This document shows, in pieces, positions 41,613 to 52,276 of a stretch of 64,000 nucleotides of DNA. Where the stretch lies: positions 128,001 to 192,000 of the forward strand of contig DAHVLZ010000009.1 in assembly GCA_027320085.1 (NCBI GenBank), written 5' to 3'. Both the position numbers and the translations under genes were made by a program. Below the pieces are notes generated by a model. It searched no databases and was not told the origin of the DNA. It was given only the letters and a program-made list of their open reading frames with translations. Every line of letters starts with the position of its first letter. Position 1 is the first letter of the stretch. The stretch comes from Pseudomonadota bacterium (GTDB lineage: Bacteria; Pseudomonadota; Gammaproteobacteria; JAKAQQ01).

Positions 41613-44600
41613 TCAGAAACGTCCGTAGTAGCCTTCCTTGAGTGCATCATAAAGGTTAGCGGCCGTGTGGATCTCGCCGTCGTACTCGATTTCCTCGTCA
41701 CCACGGGCCTCAACGACCGTGCCATCCTCAAGTGTAAAACGGTATCGGGTATTTTTGAGGTCCTGCTCCTTGACTAGAACACCCTGAAATGCCTCGGGGT
41801 TGAACCGAAATGTCGTACAGCCTTTGAGCCCCTCTTCGTATGCATACAGGTAGATATCTTTGAACTGATCGTAGGGATAGTCAGTCGGCACGTTGGCAGT
41901 TTTTGAAATCGAGGAGTCAATCCATTTCTGTGCGGCCGCCTGGATATCGACATGCTCGCGCGGTGTAATGTGTTCCGCGGTCACAAAATATCCGGGCAGA
42001 CCCTGTTCTGGCCGGTCCGACCCCGGAGCGGCATGGGGATTGACAAGGGTCCGGTAGGCCAGAAGCTCAAAGGAATAGACTTCGATCTTTTCCTTGCTTT
42101 TCTTTCCTTCCCGGATCACATTCCGGAAGTAGGAATGGGCAAAGGAGGGCTCGATTCCATTGGACGCATTATTTGCGAGCGCCAGGGAAATGGTTCCCGT
42201 GGGCGCAATCGAGGTGTGGTGGGTGAACCGGGCACCGGTCTGGGCCAATGCTGCAACCAGGTCCGGCGCCACTTGCGCCACTCGCTGCATATAACGGCTA
42301 TAGCGGGCATGGAGTTCCCGCCCGGGGATCCGGTCGCCCACTTTCCAGCCATCGGCAGCCATTTCCGGCCGTTTTCGCAGCACTTCCTCGGTAACGGGAA
42401 ACTCTTCCGTCATGATTGGAGCCGGTCCTTTTTCACGTGCCAGATCCAGCGCTTCCTCCCACCCCGCAATGGCCATCTCGCGTGAAACCTTTTCCGTAAA
42501 ACGGACGGACTCCGGTGATCCGTAGCGGAGGCCCATCATGGTGAGAGCCGAGCCGAGCCCCAGATATCCCATGCCGTGACGCCGCTTGCGCTGAATTTCA
42601 TCCTGTTGATGTTCAAGTGGCAATCCATTGATCTCAACCACATCATCCAGCATCCGGGTGAACACTTTAACCACCTCCCGGTACTCCTCCCAGTCAAATC
42701 GAGCCGCGGGAGTGAAAGGCTCCTGGACAAAACGGGTCAGGTTGACCGACCCGAGCAGACAGGAGCCATACGGTGGGAGGGGCTGCTCGCCGCAAGGATT
42801 GGTAGCGCGAATGTTCTCGCACCACCAGTTGTTGTTCATCTCATTGACTTTATCGATCAGCACAAAACCCGGCTCCGCAAAATCGTAGGTCGAAGTCATG
42901 ATGAGGTCCCAGAGCCGCCGCGCATGGATTCGCTTGTAAACCTTGCAGGCCACCAAACCGCACTCGTTTCGGACATAGCCTTCGGTTTGCGGCCATTCCT
43001 TCCAGACCACTTGCTCCGGATTATTGAGGTCGAGGTTTCCGGACTCGGCTTCCTTCTTGTCGATAGGAAACACGAGCGGCCATTCAACATCTCCCTTAAC
43101 CGCCTCCATAAAGTCGCGGGTGATGAGAAGGGACAGATTGAACTGCCTCAGACGTCCGTCTTCGCGTTTCGCACGGATGAACTCAAGGACATCGGGATGT
43201 CCCACATCAAAGGTGCCCATCTGTGCACCTCGCCGTCCACCCGCCGAGGAAATCGTAAAACACATGCGATCGTAGATATCCATGAAGGACAAGGGTCCGG
43301 AGGTATAGGCTCCCGCACCCGAAACGTAGGCACCCCGGGGACGCAGGGTCGAGAACTCATAGCCGATCCCGCAGTTGTGGATGACCACGAGCCCACCCTT
43401 TCCGGCCAGATAGTTGTTATGGTCCGCGACATGGAAATCGTAGAACGTTTCGGGAAGAGGCAAGTCCCGGTGGAGGGCACTGACCGGGATCAGGGTGCGG
43501 GCCAGCGATACCAAGGCTTCAAGATCAGGGAATCGTCTCTCCCAGTGATCAAGGTCCTCGCGGGTGGCGGTCCACCCCGCTTCTGTCCGGCGCGGGACGC
43601 CCATTGCTTGGCGCTCGGCCGGCGACAGGAGGGCGGTCTCCGCCATCACATGCTCACAGAGGAGTTCCGGCAGGCAGTAGCGGGGCTCTTCTTGCCTATC
43701 CCGCCTGACATCGGCCAACCACTGGAATCGTTCGCCAACGGCACGTTGCCTGGAATATCTCGACACGACAGCGAGGAATGCCGTATACCGGATTTCGAAA
43801 TCCGCTCTCATCTGGTCACCACTCGCCGGCCGGATTTCGCTCGGCACACCAAACCAAGCCGCGAGCGCTTGAAGTTCCCGGGACAGGGACTCGGGCATGC
43901 TCAGCACCAAGCGACCCTTCTCAGGGCACCAGCCGCCCACTCCATCTCCAAGTCCGGCAAGGAAAGGCAGGAAATACCGACCAGGATTAAGCCGTACGCC
44001 CTCTGGAACAGCATAGGTTGGAGACTGCTGCACAACCTGATGCTCACGGGCGGACAGTTCCATCCCGGACTCATCCCAGACCGGCCCACCGGCTATAGCG
44101 GCTCCGGCCAAAAGGGGCGCGCCATCCCAACCGAAAACGGTCCGGTGTAGGGCCCCACGGATCGGGTGTAAACGTCCCGCCAACCCTAAACCCCGGATCC
44201 GGGCACGAGCCCTCCCAGCCCAGCGGGATCCGCCCAGACTACGAGCCAGATGGATCCCCGCGAGCCAAGCCAGTCGCGCCCCTCCCGCATCCGCCGTCCA
44301 GTCCAACCGGTGTTGGACCAGTGCTTCACCAATGCGGATCTCATCCGCACGAACATACTGAAGCCGACCCTCCCGGTACACCAAAACCGGGTGCTGGATT
44401 GAAGTTTGCAGATGGACCCCTCCGGCCACAATCTCGAGATTCTCGGTCCGCGGGACCCGCACCCTGAGATGGGCGAGAATTGGCCGCATCATGAACTGGC
44501 CGGTTTCCCGGTCATAGCTCAGAATCCGCGCATGCTGCTCGTCGACCGCGCGTTCGACTGTCACAAGGCCCTGGTCAGTTCGCACCCAAGTCCCGGGAGC

Positions 44601-45005
44601 CACACAACCGGCTTTGAGGGTCAAGCCAGCCTCGTGCACCTTCCCCAGAATGTCATCCATGGAATCCCGGATGGTTCCCGAAACCGTACAGTTGATCGTC
44701 GAGGTTGCCGGTTTGTGCTCTTTCGCACCGGCATTCGAGACAATACGTCCTGCAGGGATGGCACCGTGGCGAAGGGCCCAGAGAAAGCGTTCATACCAGT
44801 GCTCCTGCTCGTCCTGCTTCTCGACCGAGGAGAGGGCCCGTGCAATGCGCTGGTAGGTATCGTCCATGGTCGCATCCAGAATGGCGCCTGTCTTGGTTTT
44901 GAGCCGGTATTTCTTGTCCCAGATATCCAGGGAGGCTTCCTGTTCGGGAACTGTTGCGGAGCTGGACGGGGTGGGGTGCGGTTGGAAGTTCATTTTGGAG
45001 TTCAT
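41613..45005 (-). CDS. nrdJa: Adenosylcobalamin-dependent ribonucleotide reductase NrdJa, intein-containing
   Basis: PAGRI..NAG, STINC, GGRRGAQM, ATNPCGEQPL, IAPTGTIS; interrupted by an intein. Confidence 0.96.
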   Translation of the reverse strand: MNSKMNFQPHPTPSSSATVPEQEASLDIWDKKYRLKTKTGAILDATMDDTYQRIARALSSVEKQDEQEHWYERFLWALRHGAIPAGRIVSNAGAKEHKPATSTINCTVSGTIRDSMDDILGKVHEAGLTLKAGCVAPGTWVRTDQGLVTVERAVDEQHARILSYDRETGQFMMRPILAHLRVRVPRTENLEIVAGGVHLQTSIQHPVLVYREGRLQYVRADEIRIGEALVQHRLDWTADAGGARLAWLAGIHLARSLGGSRWAGRARARIRGLGLAGRLHPIRGALHRTVFGWDGAPLLAGAAIAGGPVWDESGMELSAREHQVVQQSPTYAVPEGVRLNPGRYFLPFLAGLGDGVGGWCPEKGRLVLSMPESLSRELQALAAWFGVPSEIRPASGDQMRADFEIRYTAFLAVVSRYSRQRAVGERFQWLADVRRDRQEEPRYCLPELLCEHVMAETALLSPAERQAMGVPRRTEAGWTATREDLDHWERRFPDLEALVSLARTLIPVSALHRDLPLPETFYDFHVADHNNYLAGKGGLVVIHNCGIGYEFSTLRPRGAYVSGAGAYTSGPLSFMDIYDRMCFTISSAGGRRGAQMGTFDVGHPDVLEFIRAKREDGRLRQFNLSLLITRDFMEAVKGDVEWPLVFPIDKKEAESGNLDLNNPEQVVWKEWPQTEGYVRNECGLVACKVYKRIHARRLWDLIMTSTYDFAEPGFVLIDKVNEMNNNWWCENIRATNPCGEQPLPPYGSCLLGSVNLTRFVQEPFTPAARFDWEEYREVVKVFTRMLDDVVEINGLPLEHQQDEIQRKRRHGMGYLGLGSALTMMGLRYGSPESVRFTEKVSREMAIAGWEEALDLAREKGPAPIMTEEFPVTEEVLRKRPEMAADGWKVGDRIPGRELHARYSRYMQRVAQVAPDLVAALAQTGARFTHHTSIAPTGTISLALANNASNGIEPSFAHSYFRNVIREGKKSKEKIEVYSFELLAYRTLVNPHAAPGSDRPEQGLPGYFVTAEHITPREHVDIQAAAQKWIDSSISKTANVPTDYPYDQFKDIYLYAYEEGLKGCTTFRFNPEAFQGVLVKEQDLKNTRYRFTLEDGTVVEARGDEEIEYDGEIHTAANLYDALKEGYYGRF
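43374..44606 (-). mobile_element. Intein (411 aa) with degenerate LAGLIDADG region
   Basis: LKAG|CVAPGTWV (block A), TSIQHPV (block-B-like), FYDFHVADHNNYLA..VVIHN|CGIG (blocks F/G). Excision restores LKAGCGIGYEFS. Confidence 0.93.
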
Positions 45006-45055
45006 TGGAAGACGGTCGCCGGTGTGGCAAGTCGGGAATCGGTTGGTACAACATA

Positions 45056-45103
45056 CCACAAGATTTTGTGGTTATCTGGTGCTTGGACCACAACAGCTTG
45101 TGT
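45056..45103. promoter_or_regulatory. Tandem NrdR boxes upstream of nrdJa
   Basis: CCACAAGATTTTGTGG (45056-45071) and CCACAACAGCTTGTGT (45088-45103), 32 bp apart, similar to acaCwAtATaTwGtgt. Confidence 0.85.
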
Positions 45104-45166
45104 CCTGCAATCTTCAACGGATTTTCAGTGCGTTAGGCCCTGCATACGATTCTTGGAGGCCGGCCG

Positions 45167-45194
45167 GGAACTTCAAAAAGGCTAGCGGGTCTAT
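45167..45194 (+). promoter_or_regulatory. SigmaE/AlgU-type promoter of degQ
   Basis: GGAACTT, 16 bp spacer, TCTAT upstream of an HtrA protease. Confidence 0.7.
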
Positions 45195-45382
45195 CCTGCT
45201 ACTGACGGGCCAGCCCTAAACCGCTACAATGACAGGTTGTTGCCTTGTTCGTCGCGGCGGTTTTTTTGCGGCTGCCCGTTCTGGCAAAGCCCAGTAGCCG
45301 TCGTCACCCACGTTAGAGAAGGGGCCGCGTCCCAAGCCGGAGAGGCCGCCTTCAGGAAACCGAATCACGAGGAACTGATCCG

Positions 45383-46834
45383 ATGAAACAAATGAAGCGA
45401 TCCATCTGGTTTGCCGTCGCCTTGGTTGGCACACTGACCGTCGTCAATGTCGGACTGACCCTGGCCAACTCCAGCATACCGTCACACGCCAAATCGGTTT
45501 TACCGGTATTCCAGGATGGCACCCCAGTGCCCAGCCTCGTCCCCATGATTCGCATGGTCATGCCAACCGTCGTCAATGTCTCCACCAAGGGTGAGATACC
45601 GGTCCATTCCCCCCTCTATGCCCCATTCCTTAATAACCCGTTCTTTCAACAGTTTTTCGGGATGAGTCCCTTTCAGCAGCAGCAGCAAGAGCCGGCACAT
45701 GAACATTTTCGTGCGCTCGGATCTGGCGTCATCATCAATGCGCGTAAGGGTTACATCCTGACCAATGATCATGTCATCCGGCACGCCACAAAGATCGTGG
45801 TCACCACCTACAATCACCACCACTATCCGGCTCGTGTCGTCGGCAAGGATAAGGAGACGGATTTGGCCGTCCTCCAGATTCACGCTCATGGCCTGCGCCA
45901 AATTGCGTTCGGAGACTCGGCCAAGCTGGCCGTGGGAGACTTTGTCGTAGCCATCGGCAACCCGTTTGGATTGGGGCATACCGCCACATTCGGCATCGTG
46001 AGTGGTCTCGGTCGGACGGATGTCGAACAGAACCATGTCGGGACGTTCATCCAAACTGATGCCGCGATCAACCCGGGGAACTCGGGTGGTGCGCTGGTCA
46101 ATCTCCGGGGACAGCTGGTTGGGATCAACACCGCCATTCTGACGACTGGTAACGACGGCGGAAATATTGGCATCGGCTTCGCTATCCCCGTCAACCTTGC
46201 ACGAGCGGTGGCCCACCAGATCATCCGCTATGGACGCGTGGAACGGGGTGTACTGGGAGTCCTGGTTCAGGATGTGACTCCCCGCCTCCGGCGTGCCTTC
46301 GGCCTTGCACCCGGACAGCGTGGCGCCCTTATTGCTCAAGTGGAACCCAACTCGGGTGCTGCCCGCGCCGGTCTCCGGGCAGGTGATATCATTACCAACG
46401 TCAATGGCCAACCCGTCCGCGATGTCAGCGCTTTGCGCGGCGTCATCGGGGTTTTGCGTGTCGGGACCCATGTCCGTGTTGGCTTTCTCCGGAACGGACA
46501 TGCCATGACGGCGACCGCCATTATTGGGCCCAACCACAACCACAAAGAAAAGCACACTTTCCAGTTTGCCAAGAAAAACATCGGGGCACAGCTGTCGGAC
46601 CTCAATCCGAGCTCGCCGCTCTATGGCAAGGTGAAAGGCGTCATGGTCATCGCCGTAGCTCCCCGGAGCCCTGCTGCAAAAGCAGGCTTGGAACCCGGAG
46701 ACGTCATTGTGGCTATCGACCAGCATCCAATTCACAATCTAGCCGAGTTCAAGCAAGCGCTGGATACCTATCACGGAATCTTGTTGCTTACGGTGCAACG
46801 CGGCTCGAGCACATTTTTCACAACCCTTCGCTAA
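45383..46834 (+). CDS. degQ: HtrA/Do-family periplasmic serine protease with two PDZ domains
   Basis: Signal peptide, LGSGVI, TNDHV, TDLA, IQTDAAINPGNSGG; DegP versus DegQ not resolvable. Confidence 0.92.
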   Translation: MKQMKRSIWFAVALVGTLTVVNVGLTLANSSIPSHAKSVLPVFQDGTPVPSLVPMIRMVMPTVVNVSTKGEIPVHSPLYAPFLNNPFFQQFFGMSPFQQQQQEPAHEHFRALGSGVIINARKGYILTNDHVIRHATKIVVTTYNHHHYPARVVGKDKETDLAVLQIHAHGLRQIAFGDSAKLAVGDFVVAIGNPFGLGHTATFGIVSGLGRTDVEQNHVGTFIQTDAAINPGNSGGALVNLRGQLVGINTAILTTGNDGGNIGIGFAIPVNLARAVAHQIIRYGRVERGVLGVLVQDVTPRLRRAFGLAPGQRGALIAQVEPNSGAARAGLRAGDIITNVNGQPVRDVSALRGVIGVLRVGTHVRVGFLRNGHAMTATAIIGPNHNHKEKHTFQFAKKNIGAQLSDLNPSSPLYGKVKGVMVIAVAPRSPAAKAGLEPGDVIVAIDQHPIHNLAEFKQALDTYHGILLLTVQRGSSTFFTTLR

Positions 46835-46840
46835 ATCGAC

Positions 46841-46871
46841 CCCAGAGGGGGCCATCATGGCCCCCTCTGGG
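46841..46871. terminator. Strong hairpin after degQ
   Basis: CCCAGAGGGGGCCAT-C-ATGGCCCCCTCTGGG perfect inverted repeat; no clear U-tract. Confidence 0.6.
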
Positions 46872-46976
46872 ATTCCAAATCTGGAAATCTGGCATTTAAT
46901 GCCGACTAAACACTGTATTTGACTTCCGTAACCCCGTAGACTGGAAGCCTTCACCACCAACACCGCAGGTGCTTCC

Positions 46977-47342
46977 ATGTTTCAAAACAGGGTCAAGGAT
47001 GTACAATCGCTTTATCTCGGATTGATCCAAGACATCAACCGTTACCTACTTCACGGGCTGGCTGAGTGCTGGCTTCTGTCGCCCGACACCACTCGCGTAC
47101 TTCTCCCCGAGACCGTCCAAAGTCATATCATCGGGCTTCTTTCGCTGACCGCTTCAGAAAGGGAGCAGCGCCTCAGGGACCAAGACCCGGAGGTTCCATT
47201 ATGGCAACTGCGTCCGGAACGCACCCTCTGGCAGGCACTGGATTGTTGCAAGGCCGATGAGCAGCGCAATCGGCAAATCTTGGCCCGAGCACAAACAGCA
47301 ACCAGCCCATGGGGCCAGGAAAGCCCGGATGAGAGTTCCTAG
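46977..47342 (+). CDS. Hypothetical helical protein with weak FlhD-like pattern
   Basis: 121-aa ORF with AGGT SD; IQDINRYLL...LLSLT.SE...L....PLWQLR pattern. Confidence 0.55.
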   Translation: MFQNRVKDVQSLYLGLIQDINRYLLHGLAECWLLSPDTTRVLLPETVQSHIIGLLSLTASEREQRLRDQDPEVPLWQLRPERTLWQALDCCKADEQRNRQILARAQTATSPWGQESPDESS

Positions 47343-47604
47343 ATTCTCCTTCGAAATCCGGTCTACGCTTGAATAAATCTATGGAGACTTAGTCAATGTT
47401 GAACATTGACCGCTTGAGGACATGAAAAGACGGCCAAGAACCGACCCCGGTCTGGTTACCGGGGTAAAATGGTCCTGTTCTTGATTTTCGATTTTGACTT
47501 ACAGCGAACCGAACCACGGGTACTATACTGTCGAGTCCAATTACCAATTGGGGAATAGATCGTACCAAAGGTGGAGTACCTGGGGTTCGGGGGCATATCG
47601 AGCC

Positions 47605-47937
47605 GTGAGCGCAATTCTTATTTTCACCACTGTCGCAGACTCCACAGAGGCCGACTCACTGGCCAGAATCTTGGTTGAATCCCGCTTGGCTGCCTGCGTG
47701 AACCGGGTTGGGCCTGTGCAATCCACTTATCGCTGGAACGATGCAATAGAAATCTCAATGGAGTACCTGCTGATCGTCAAAACTCAGGCGGAACGCTACC
47801 CCGCGATCGAGCACCTGATCCGCAAGCACCATACTTATGCCGTCCCAGAGATCGTTTCTGTAGCTTTGCACGATCTGGAACCGAACTATCGGCATTGGCT
47901 CGAATTGGCGGTCGCCCCTGCGCTGACACCCTCATGA
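47605..47937 (+). CDS. cutA: Divalent-cation tolerance protein CutA
   Basis: LA..LVE.RLAACVN, STYRW, H.Y.VPEI. Confidence 0.93.
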   Translation: MSAILIFTTVADSTEADSLARILVESRLAACVNRVGPVQSTYRWNDAIEISMEYLLIVKTQAERYPAIEHLIRKHHTYAVPEIVSVALHDLEPNYRHWLELAVAPALTPS

Positions 47938-48467
47938 CGCTGCGTTCTCGTCAATTCCTCTGGATCGCAGTACCAACGGTTCTTGTTGCCGCTGCCAGCT
48001 TCTTACTGCTGGAATCCCTGTTAAAACAGCCTCCGTCTGCTGACCTTGGGGGCATAGCACTCAAGAGCCTGAACCGGGAGGGCTCATTTTTTCCTGAGCA
48101 CCCTTCACCACCGGAAACCCTGGTCAATTTCTGGGCTCCCTGGTGCGCTCCTTGCCGCAAAGAGATCCCCCTCCTCAATCACCTGGCCCGAACCTCCCAC
48201 GAGATTCATGATCATCATCTGGCAATTGTCGGCATCGCACTCGATGCCCGACGCCCTGTCAACCGTTTTCTGGACCAGGAAAAATTGGCCTATCCCATCT
48301 TCGTCGTACCTCAGGATGAGGAAGCTTTCGTGGCCCGTTTCCACATCAGCCTGATTGGTCTGCCCATCACTGTCCTCTTAAACCGGAAAAACGAGGTCAT
48401 TGCAAGGCATCTTGGCCAACTCAACCCGCACAGTCTGGCCACCCTCCTGGCTAATCCAACCCACTGA
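47934..48467 (+). CDS. TlpA-family thiol:disulfide oxidoreductase
   Basis: N-terminal anchor, VNFWAPWCAPCRKEIP, GLP.T. Confidence 0.9.
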   Translation: MTLRSRQFLWIAVPTVLVAAASFLLLESLLKQPPSADLGGIALKSLNREGSFFPEHPSPPETLVNFWAPWCAPCRKEIPLLNHLARTSHEIHDHHLAIVGIALDARRPVNRFLDQEKLAYPIFVVPQDEEAFVARFHISLIGLPITVLLNRKNEVIARHLGQLNPHSLATLLANPTH

Positions 48468-48657
48468 CCAATTCGCGTCGTATCCGGGGCAGATTTCAGA
48501 GCCTAGGCAGTATTGCGGGCTTTAACAAGACCCTATCGTGGACAAAAAGATCAAAATCAGGCAAAATGCCGTGATATGAGCATTTTTGGCAACGAAAAAC
48601 CATCATCTTCGCGGATTATGCGGGCGTCCGTCCGGGTTGGCTCAGTGGAGAGCTTGT

Positions 48658-49140
48658 GTGACAGCGCTGATCGCCATCATTAACGGACCCAACCTCAATC
48701 TTTTGGGTACCCGAGAACCCGAGCTTTACGGCACGGAGTCGCTCGAGACGATTATCGGCCGGTTGACCCGACGAATCCAGGAGGCCGGATATCGATCCTC
48801 CCATTTCCAGAGTAACTCCGAGGGCGCAATTATTGACCATATTCATGCGCTCGGGCTCGAAAAAAGGCGGGTCGCCCTCTTCAATCCGGGCGCCTACACA
48901 CACACCAGCCTGGCCTTGCGCGATGCCGTGCTGGCCGTTCGACTCCCCTTTATCGAAGTTCACCTCAGCAACCCTGCTCGACGTGAAAGCTCTCGGGTAC
49001 ATTCCCATTTTACGGACCTGGCACTCGGTCTTGTAAGCGGTTTCGGCCCATTGAGCTATGACCTCGCACTCGAGGGAGCACTCCAGTTTCTACATCAACC
49101 GACTTCATTTCCTCGGGAGGCGCCACATGGACATACGTAA
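48658..49140 (+). CDS. aroQ: Type II 3-dehydroquinate dehydratase
   Basis: [42 protein letters not shown]. Confidence 0.95.
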   Translation: MTALIAIINGPNLNLLGTREPELYGTESLETIIGRLTRRIQEAGYRSSHFQSNSEGAIIDHIHALGLEKRRVALFNPGAYTHTSLALRDAVLAVRLPFIEVHLSNPARRESSRVHSHFTDLALGLVSGFGPLSYDLALEGALQFLHQPTSFPREAPHGHT

Positions 49141-49570
49141 GGTCAAGAAACTTATCGAACTCCTCGAAACTTCCGGGATCAGTGAAATTGAAATCACAGA
49201 AGGAGAAGAACGGGTCCGTATCAGTCGCCTTACTCCGCAACCGGTCGCAACAGTCTCCACCGCGGCAACCACCGTAACTCCACCGCCCCCTTTGCCGGTC
49301 GCAACTTCGGAGCCACCCAAAACTCCGCCGAGCTCTGGCCATACAATCCAAGCCCCCATGGTGGGCGTTTTCTACCGATCTGCCTCGCCCGATAAACCGC
49401 CCTTCGTCGAGGTTGGCCAGACCGTCAAGGCTGGCGACACACTGTGCATCATCGAGGCGATGAAGATGATGAACCAGATTCAAAGTGACAAGGGGGGGGT
49501 AATCAAGGCCATTCTGGCCGAGAACGCGACACCTGTCGAATATGATCAACCGCTTTTCATCATCGAGTAA
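49127..49570 (+). CDS. accB: Acetyl-CoA carboxylase biotin carboxyl carrier protein
   Basis: [25 protein letters not shown]. Confidence 0.97.
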   Translation: MDIRKVKKLIELLETSGISEIEITEGEERVRISRLTPQPVATVSTAATTVTPPPPLPVATSEPPKTPPSSGHTIQAPMVGVFYRSASPDKPPFVEVGQTVKAGDTLCIIEAMKMMNQIQSDKGGVIKAILAENATPVEYDQPLFIIE

Positions 49571-49585
49571 ATTGGACCATTTTCC

Positions 49586-50941
49586 ATGTTAGAAAAGGTG
49601 ATGATTGCTAACCGCGGTGAGATTGCACTGCGTATTTTGAGAGCTTGCCAGGAACTGGGGATCAAAACGGTGGCCGCTCACTCCACCATTGACCAAGATC
49701 TGAAGCACGTCCGGCTGGCCGATCAACGCTTATGCATCGGGCCAGCACCATCGTCAAAAAGCTACCTCAATATCCCGGCACTCATTAGTGCCGCCGAGGC
49801 ACTGGATGTCCAAGCCATTCACCCGGGATACGGCTTTCTCTCTGAAAATGCCGACTTTGCTGAAGCAGTCGAATCCTGCGGTTTCATTTTTATCGGGCCC
49901 AAACCAGAAACAATCCGTCTCATGGGTGACAAGGTCTCGGCAATTCAGTGCATGAAGACCTCGGGCATCCCGACGATCCCGGGATCGGATGGGCCCTTGG
50001 GCTCGGACTCCTCTGAGATCCACCGAATCGCCCGGAACATCGGCTATCCCGTCATGATCAAGGCTGCAGGAGGAGGGGGGGGACGCGGCATGCGGGTCGT
50101 GCACAGCGATGCCGCCTTGGTTCATGCAATCGACCTGACACGGGCGGAAGCCCAAGCCGCCTTTGGCAATCCCAACGTCTATCTGGAGCGTTACTTGTCG
50201 GCTCCGCGCCACATCGAGGTCCAGGTTCTAGCCGATGGTCAAGGCAATGCGATTCACCTCGGTGAGCGCGACTGCTCCATGCAACGCCGACATCAAAAAA
50301 TCATTGAGGAGGCTCCCGCTCCGGGAATCTCAGACCGGCAGCGCCGCCAACTGGGCGAACGATGTGTACAGGCCTGCCAGAAAATTGGTTACCGAGGGGC
50401 TGGTACCTTCGAATTCCTCTACGAAAACGGAGAATTTCATTTTATCGAGATGAATACACGTATCCAAGTCGAACATCCGATCACCGAGGCCATTACCGGT
50501 GTGGATCTGGTCAAGGAAATGATCCGGGTCTCCTCCGGTGAACCTCTGCGGATCCGACAGCGGGACATCACTTTCCGTGGGCATGCCATTGAATGCCGGA
50601 TTAACGCCGAGACCCCAACCAACTTCATGCCCTCCCCAGGCTTGGTCACTCAGTGGGTCCCCCCCGGAGGACCTGGCATCCGAGTGGACTCTCACCTGTA
50701 CTCCGGATACCGGGTTCCGCCCTATTACGATTCCCTGATCGCCAAGATTATTGCCTTTGGGGAGACACGTGATGAAGCCATCTCACGTATCCAGGCTGCG
50801 CTCCAGGAGACCGTCGTGGAGGGCATCGCTACCAATATTCCCCTCCATCTCGAACTGCTGCACGATGAGGGAGTGAAACAAGGAGGACTCGACATCCATT
50901 TTCTGACCAAGAAACTGGAAAACCGCATGTCTACAAAATGA
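49586..50941 (+). CDS. accC: Biotin carboxylase
   Basis: [46 protein letters not shown]. Confidence 0.98.
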   Translation: MLEKVMIANRGEIALRILRACQELGIKTVAAHSTIDQDLKHVRLADQRLCIGPAPSSKSYLNIPALISAAEALDVQAIHPGYGFLSENADFAEAVESCGFIFIGPKPETIRLMGDKVSAIQCMKTSGIPTIPGSDGPLGSDSSEIHRIARNIGYPVMIKAAGGGGGRGMRVVHSDAALVHAIDLTRAEAQAAFGNPNVYLERYLSAPRHIEVQVLADGQGNAIHLGERDCSMQRRHQKIIEEAPAPGISDRQRRQLGERCVQACQKIGYRGAGTFEFLYENGEFHFIEMNTRIQVEHPITEAITGVDLVKEMIRVSSGEPLRIRQRDITFRGHAIECRINAETPTNFMPSPGLVTQWVPPGGPGIRVDSHLYSGYRVPPYYDSLIAKIIAFGETRDEAISRIQAALQETVVEGIATNIPLHLELLHDEGVKQGGLDIHFLTKKLENRMSTK

Positions 50942-51044
50942 GATCCGCGGTTTTCTCCTATCACCCGCCTGTGACCCGCTCGCCCCTGTCAAGCAGGGCG
51001 ATGTTCTAAAGGTCACGTTCCATGCAGGCTCACCGGTCTCTGAA

Positions 51045-52067
51045 ATGCTGACCCGCTGTGACCGATGCGGGACTTGGTTCCGCGTACGCAAGGAACAGCT
51101 GGCGGTCGCGGATGGTTGGGTTCGTTGTGGGCACTGTGGCCAGACTTTTTTGGCCGAATCCTCCCTCTTGGATGAACCTGCACTAAGAGAGGACATCCAA
51201 TCCCCGGCACCGTCAGGATCCGCGCACCCGAACCCAAGCCAAGCCAGTCATCCGCTCCAGGTCGAACACCATCAGGAACCGGAACCAGCCCTCGACCTAC
51301 ACCCCGAAGCCTCGGAAGGAGACCCCCAACTCCAAGCACGGGCTCCCGAATTCGAACCTGATGCCTCGGCATCGCCACTCGAATCACTGAACGATGAACC
51401 AACTGCAGCTTCACCCGATGGTGACAATCACTCACTTCACACAGAAATCGGAGATCCGGACTCACCAATCCCGTCGAGCCCCCCCGAATCCGGGTTCGGT
51501 GCAACGAGATTGGGGACTGAGACCGAGCCCATCATCTCACCGTCCAGGCCACCGACCAATACCCCTTTTGAGCGAAGAAGTTCTGTTTTCTGGGCGATCG
51601 GCTCTGTCTTGGCTGCTGGATTGATCGTCTTTGAAGCTGTGGGCATCAGCTATCATGGGCAGACGCCCAATATCGCTTCGCTGAGCCCCACCCTCGAATC
51701 GCCCTCCACGGGAAAGGCCCCACTCTCGCCAGCACAGGTCCATATCCTGTCGGCCGAGGTCAGGCAGACACGACAAGCGCCTGGTGGCCTGGCGATCGAA
51801 GGAACCCTGTTCAATGCATCGACCCAAGAGCTGGCTTTCCCGGAACTGCTGGTCCGCTTCACCGATCTTGAGGGTCAAATCGTGGTTGAAGGCCTTTTCC
51901 CTCCCGCTGACTACCTTCCGACCCCGACTCACGATCCGGTGATCCCTGCTCATGCCGCGGTGGCTTTCAGACTCCGCGTAGTTGATCCCGGATCGCAAGC
52001 TGTTGGATTCAGTCTGAGATCCTGCCTACCCCCCCGTGGAGAGACCACTTTTTGTGGGAGTCCATAG
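51045..52067 (+). CDS. Zinc-ribbon / DUF3426-type membrane protein
   Basis: M.T.C..C.T.FRV..EQL....GWVRCG.C, acidic Pro-rich linker, TM, beta-rich C-terminal domain; usual position after accC. Confidence 0.85.
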   Translation: MLTRCDRCGTWFRVRKEQLAVADGWVRCGHCGQTFLAESSLLDEPALREDIQSPAPSGSAHPNPSQASHPLQVEHHQEPEPALDLHPEASEGDPQLQARAPEFEPDASASPLESLNDEPTAASPDGDNHSLHTEIGDPDSPIPSSPPESGFGATRLGTETEPIISPSRPPTNTPFERRSSVFWAIGSVLAAGLIVFEAVGISYHGQTPNIASLSPTLESPSTGKAPLSPAQVHILSAEVRQTRQAPGGLAIEGTLFNASTQELAFPELLVRFTDLEGQIVVEGLFPPADYLPTPTHDPVIPAHAAVAFRLRVVDPGSQAVGFSLRSCLPPRGETTFCGSP

Positions 52068-52276
52068 GGAAACATCACACCTGCCCCAGCTTTGCGACTG
52101 GAGTCAATAAATTACGACGGCCTGTGCGACTTGATATGAAGTTCTAGAAATAAAAAATAACATCATATGGTCCGCTTCTGAGACCGGGTTTCCACCCATT
52201 TTCGTTTTTGTCAAGTGGCCCAAGATGCAGATACAGGGGTAATATGACCTCCCGCAGTACCGTCCCTAGCAGCGCC

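Noticed and set aside
45674-45688. CAG repeat (poly-Gln) in degQ
   Set aside because: Short, in-frame and in the variable Q-linker typical of HtrA proteins; not a phase-variation tract.
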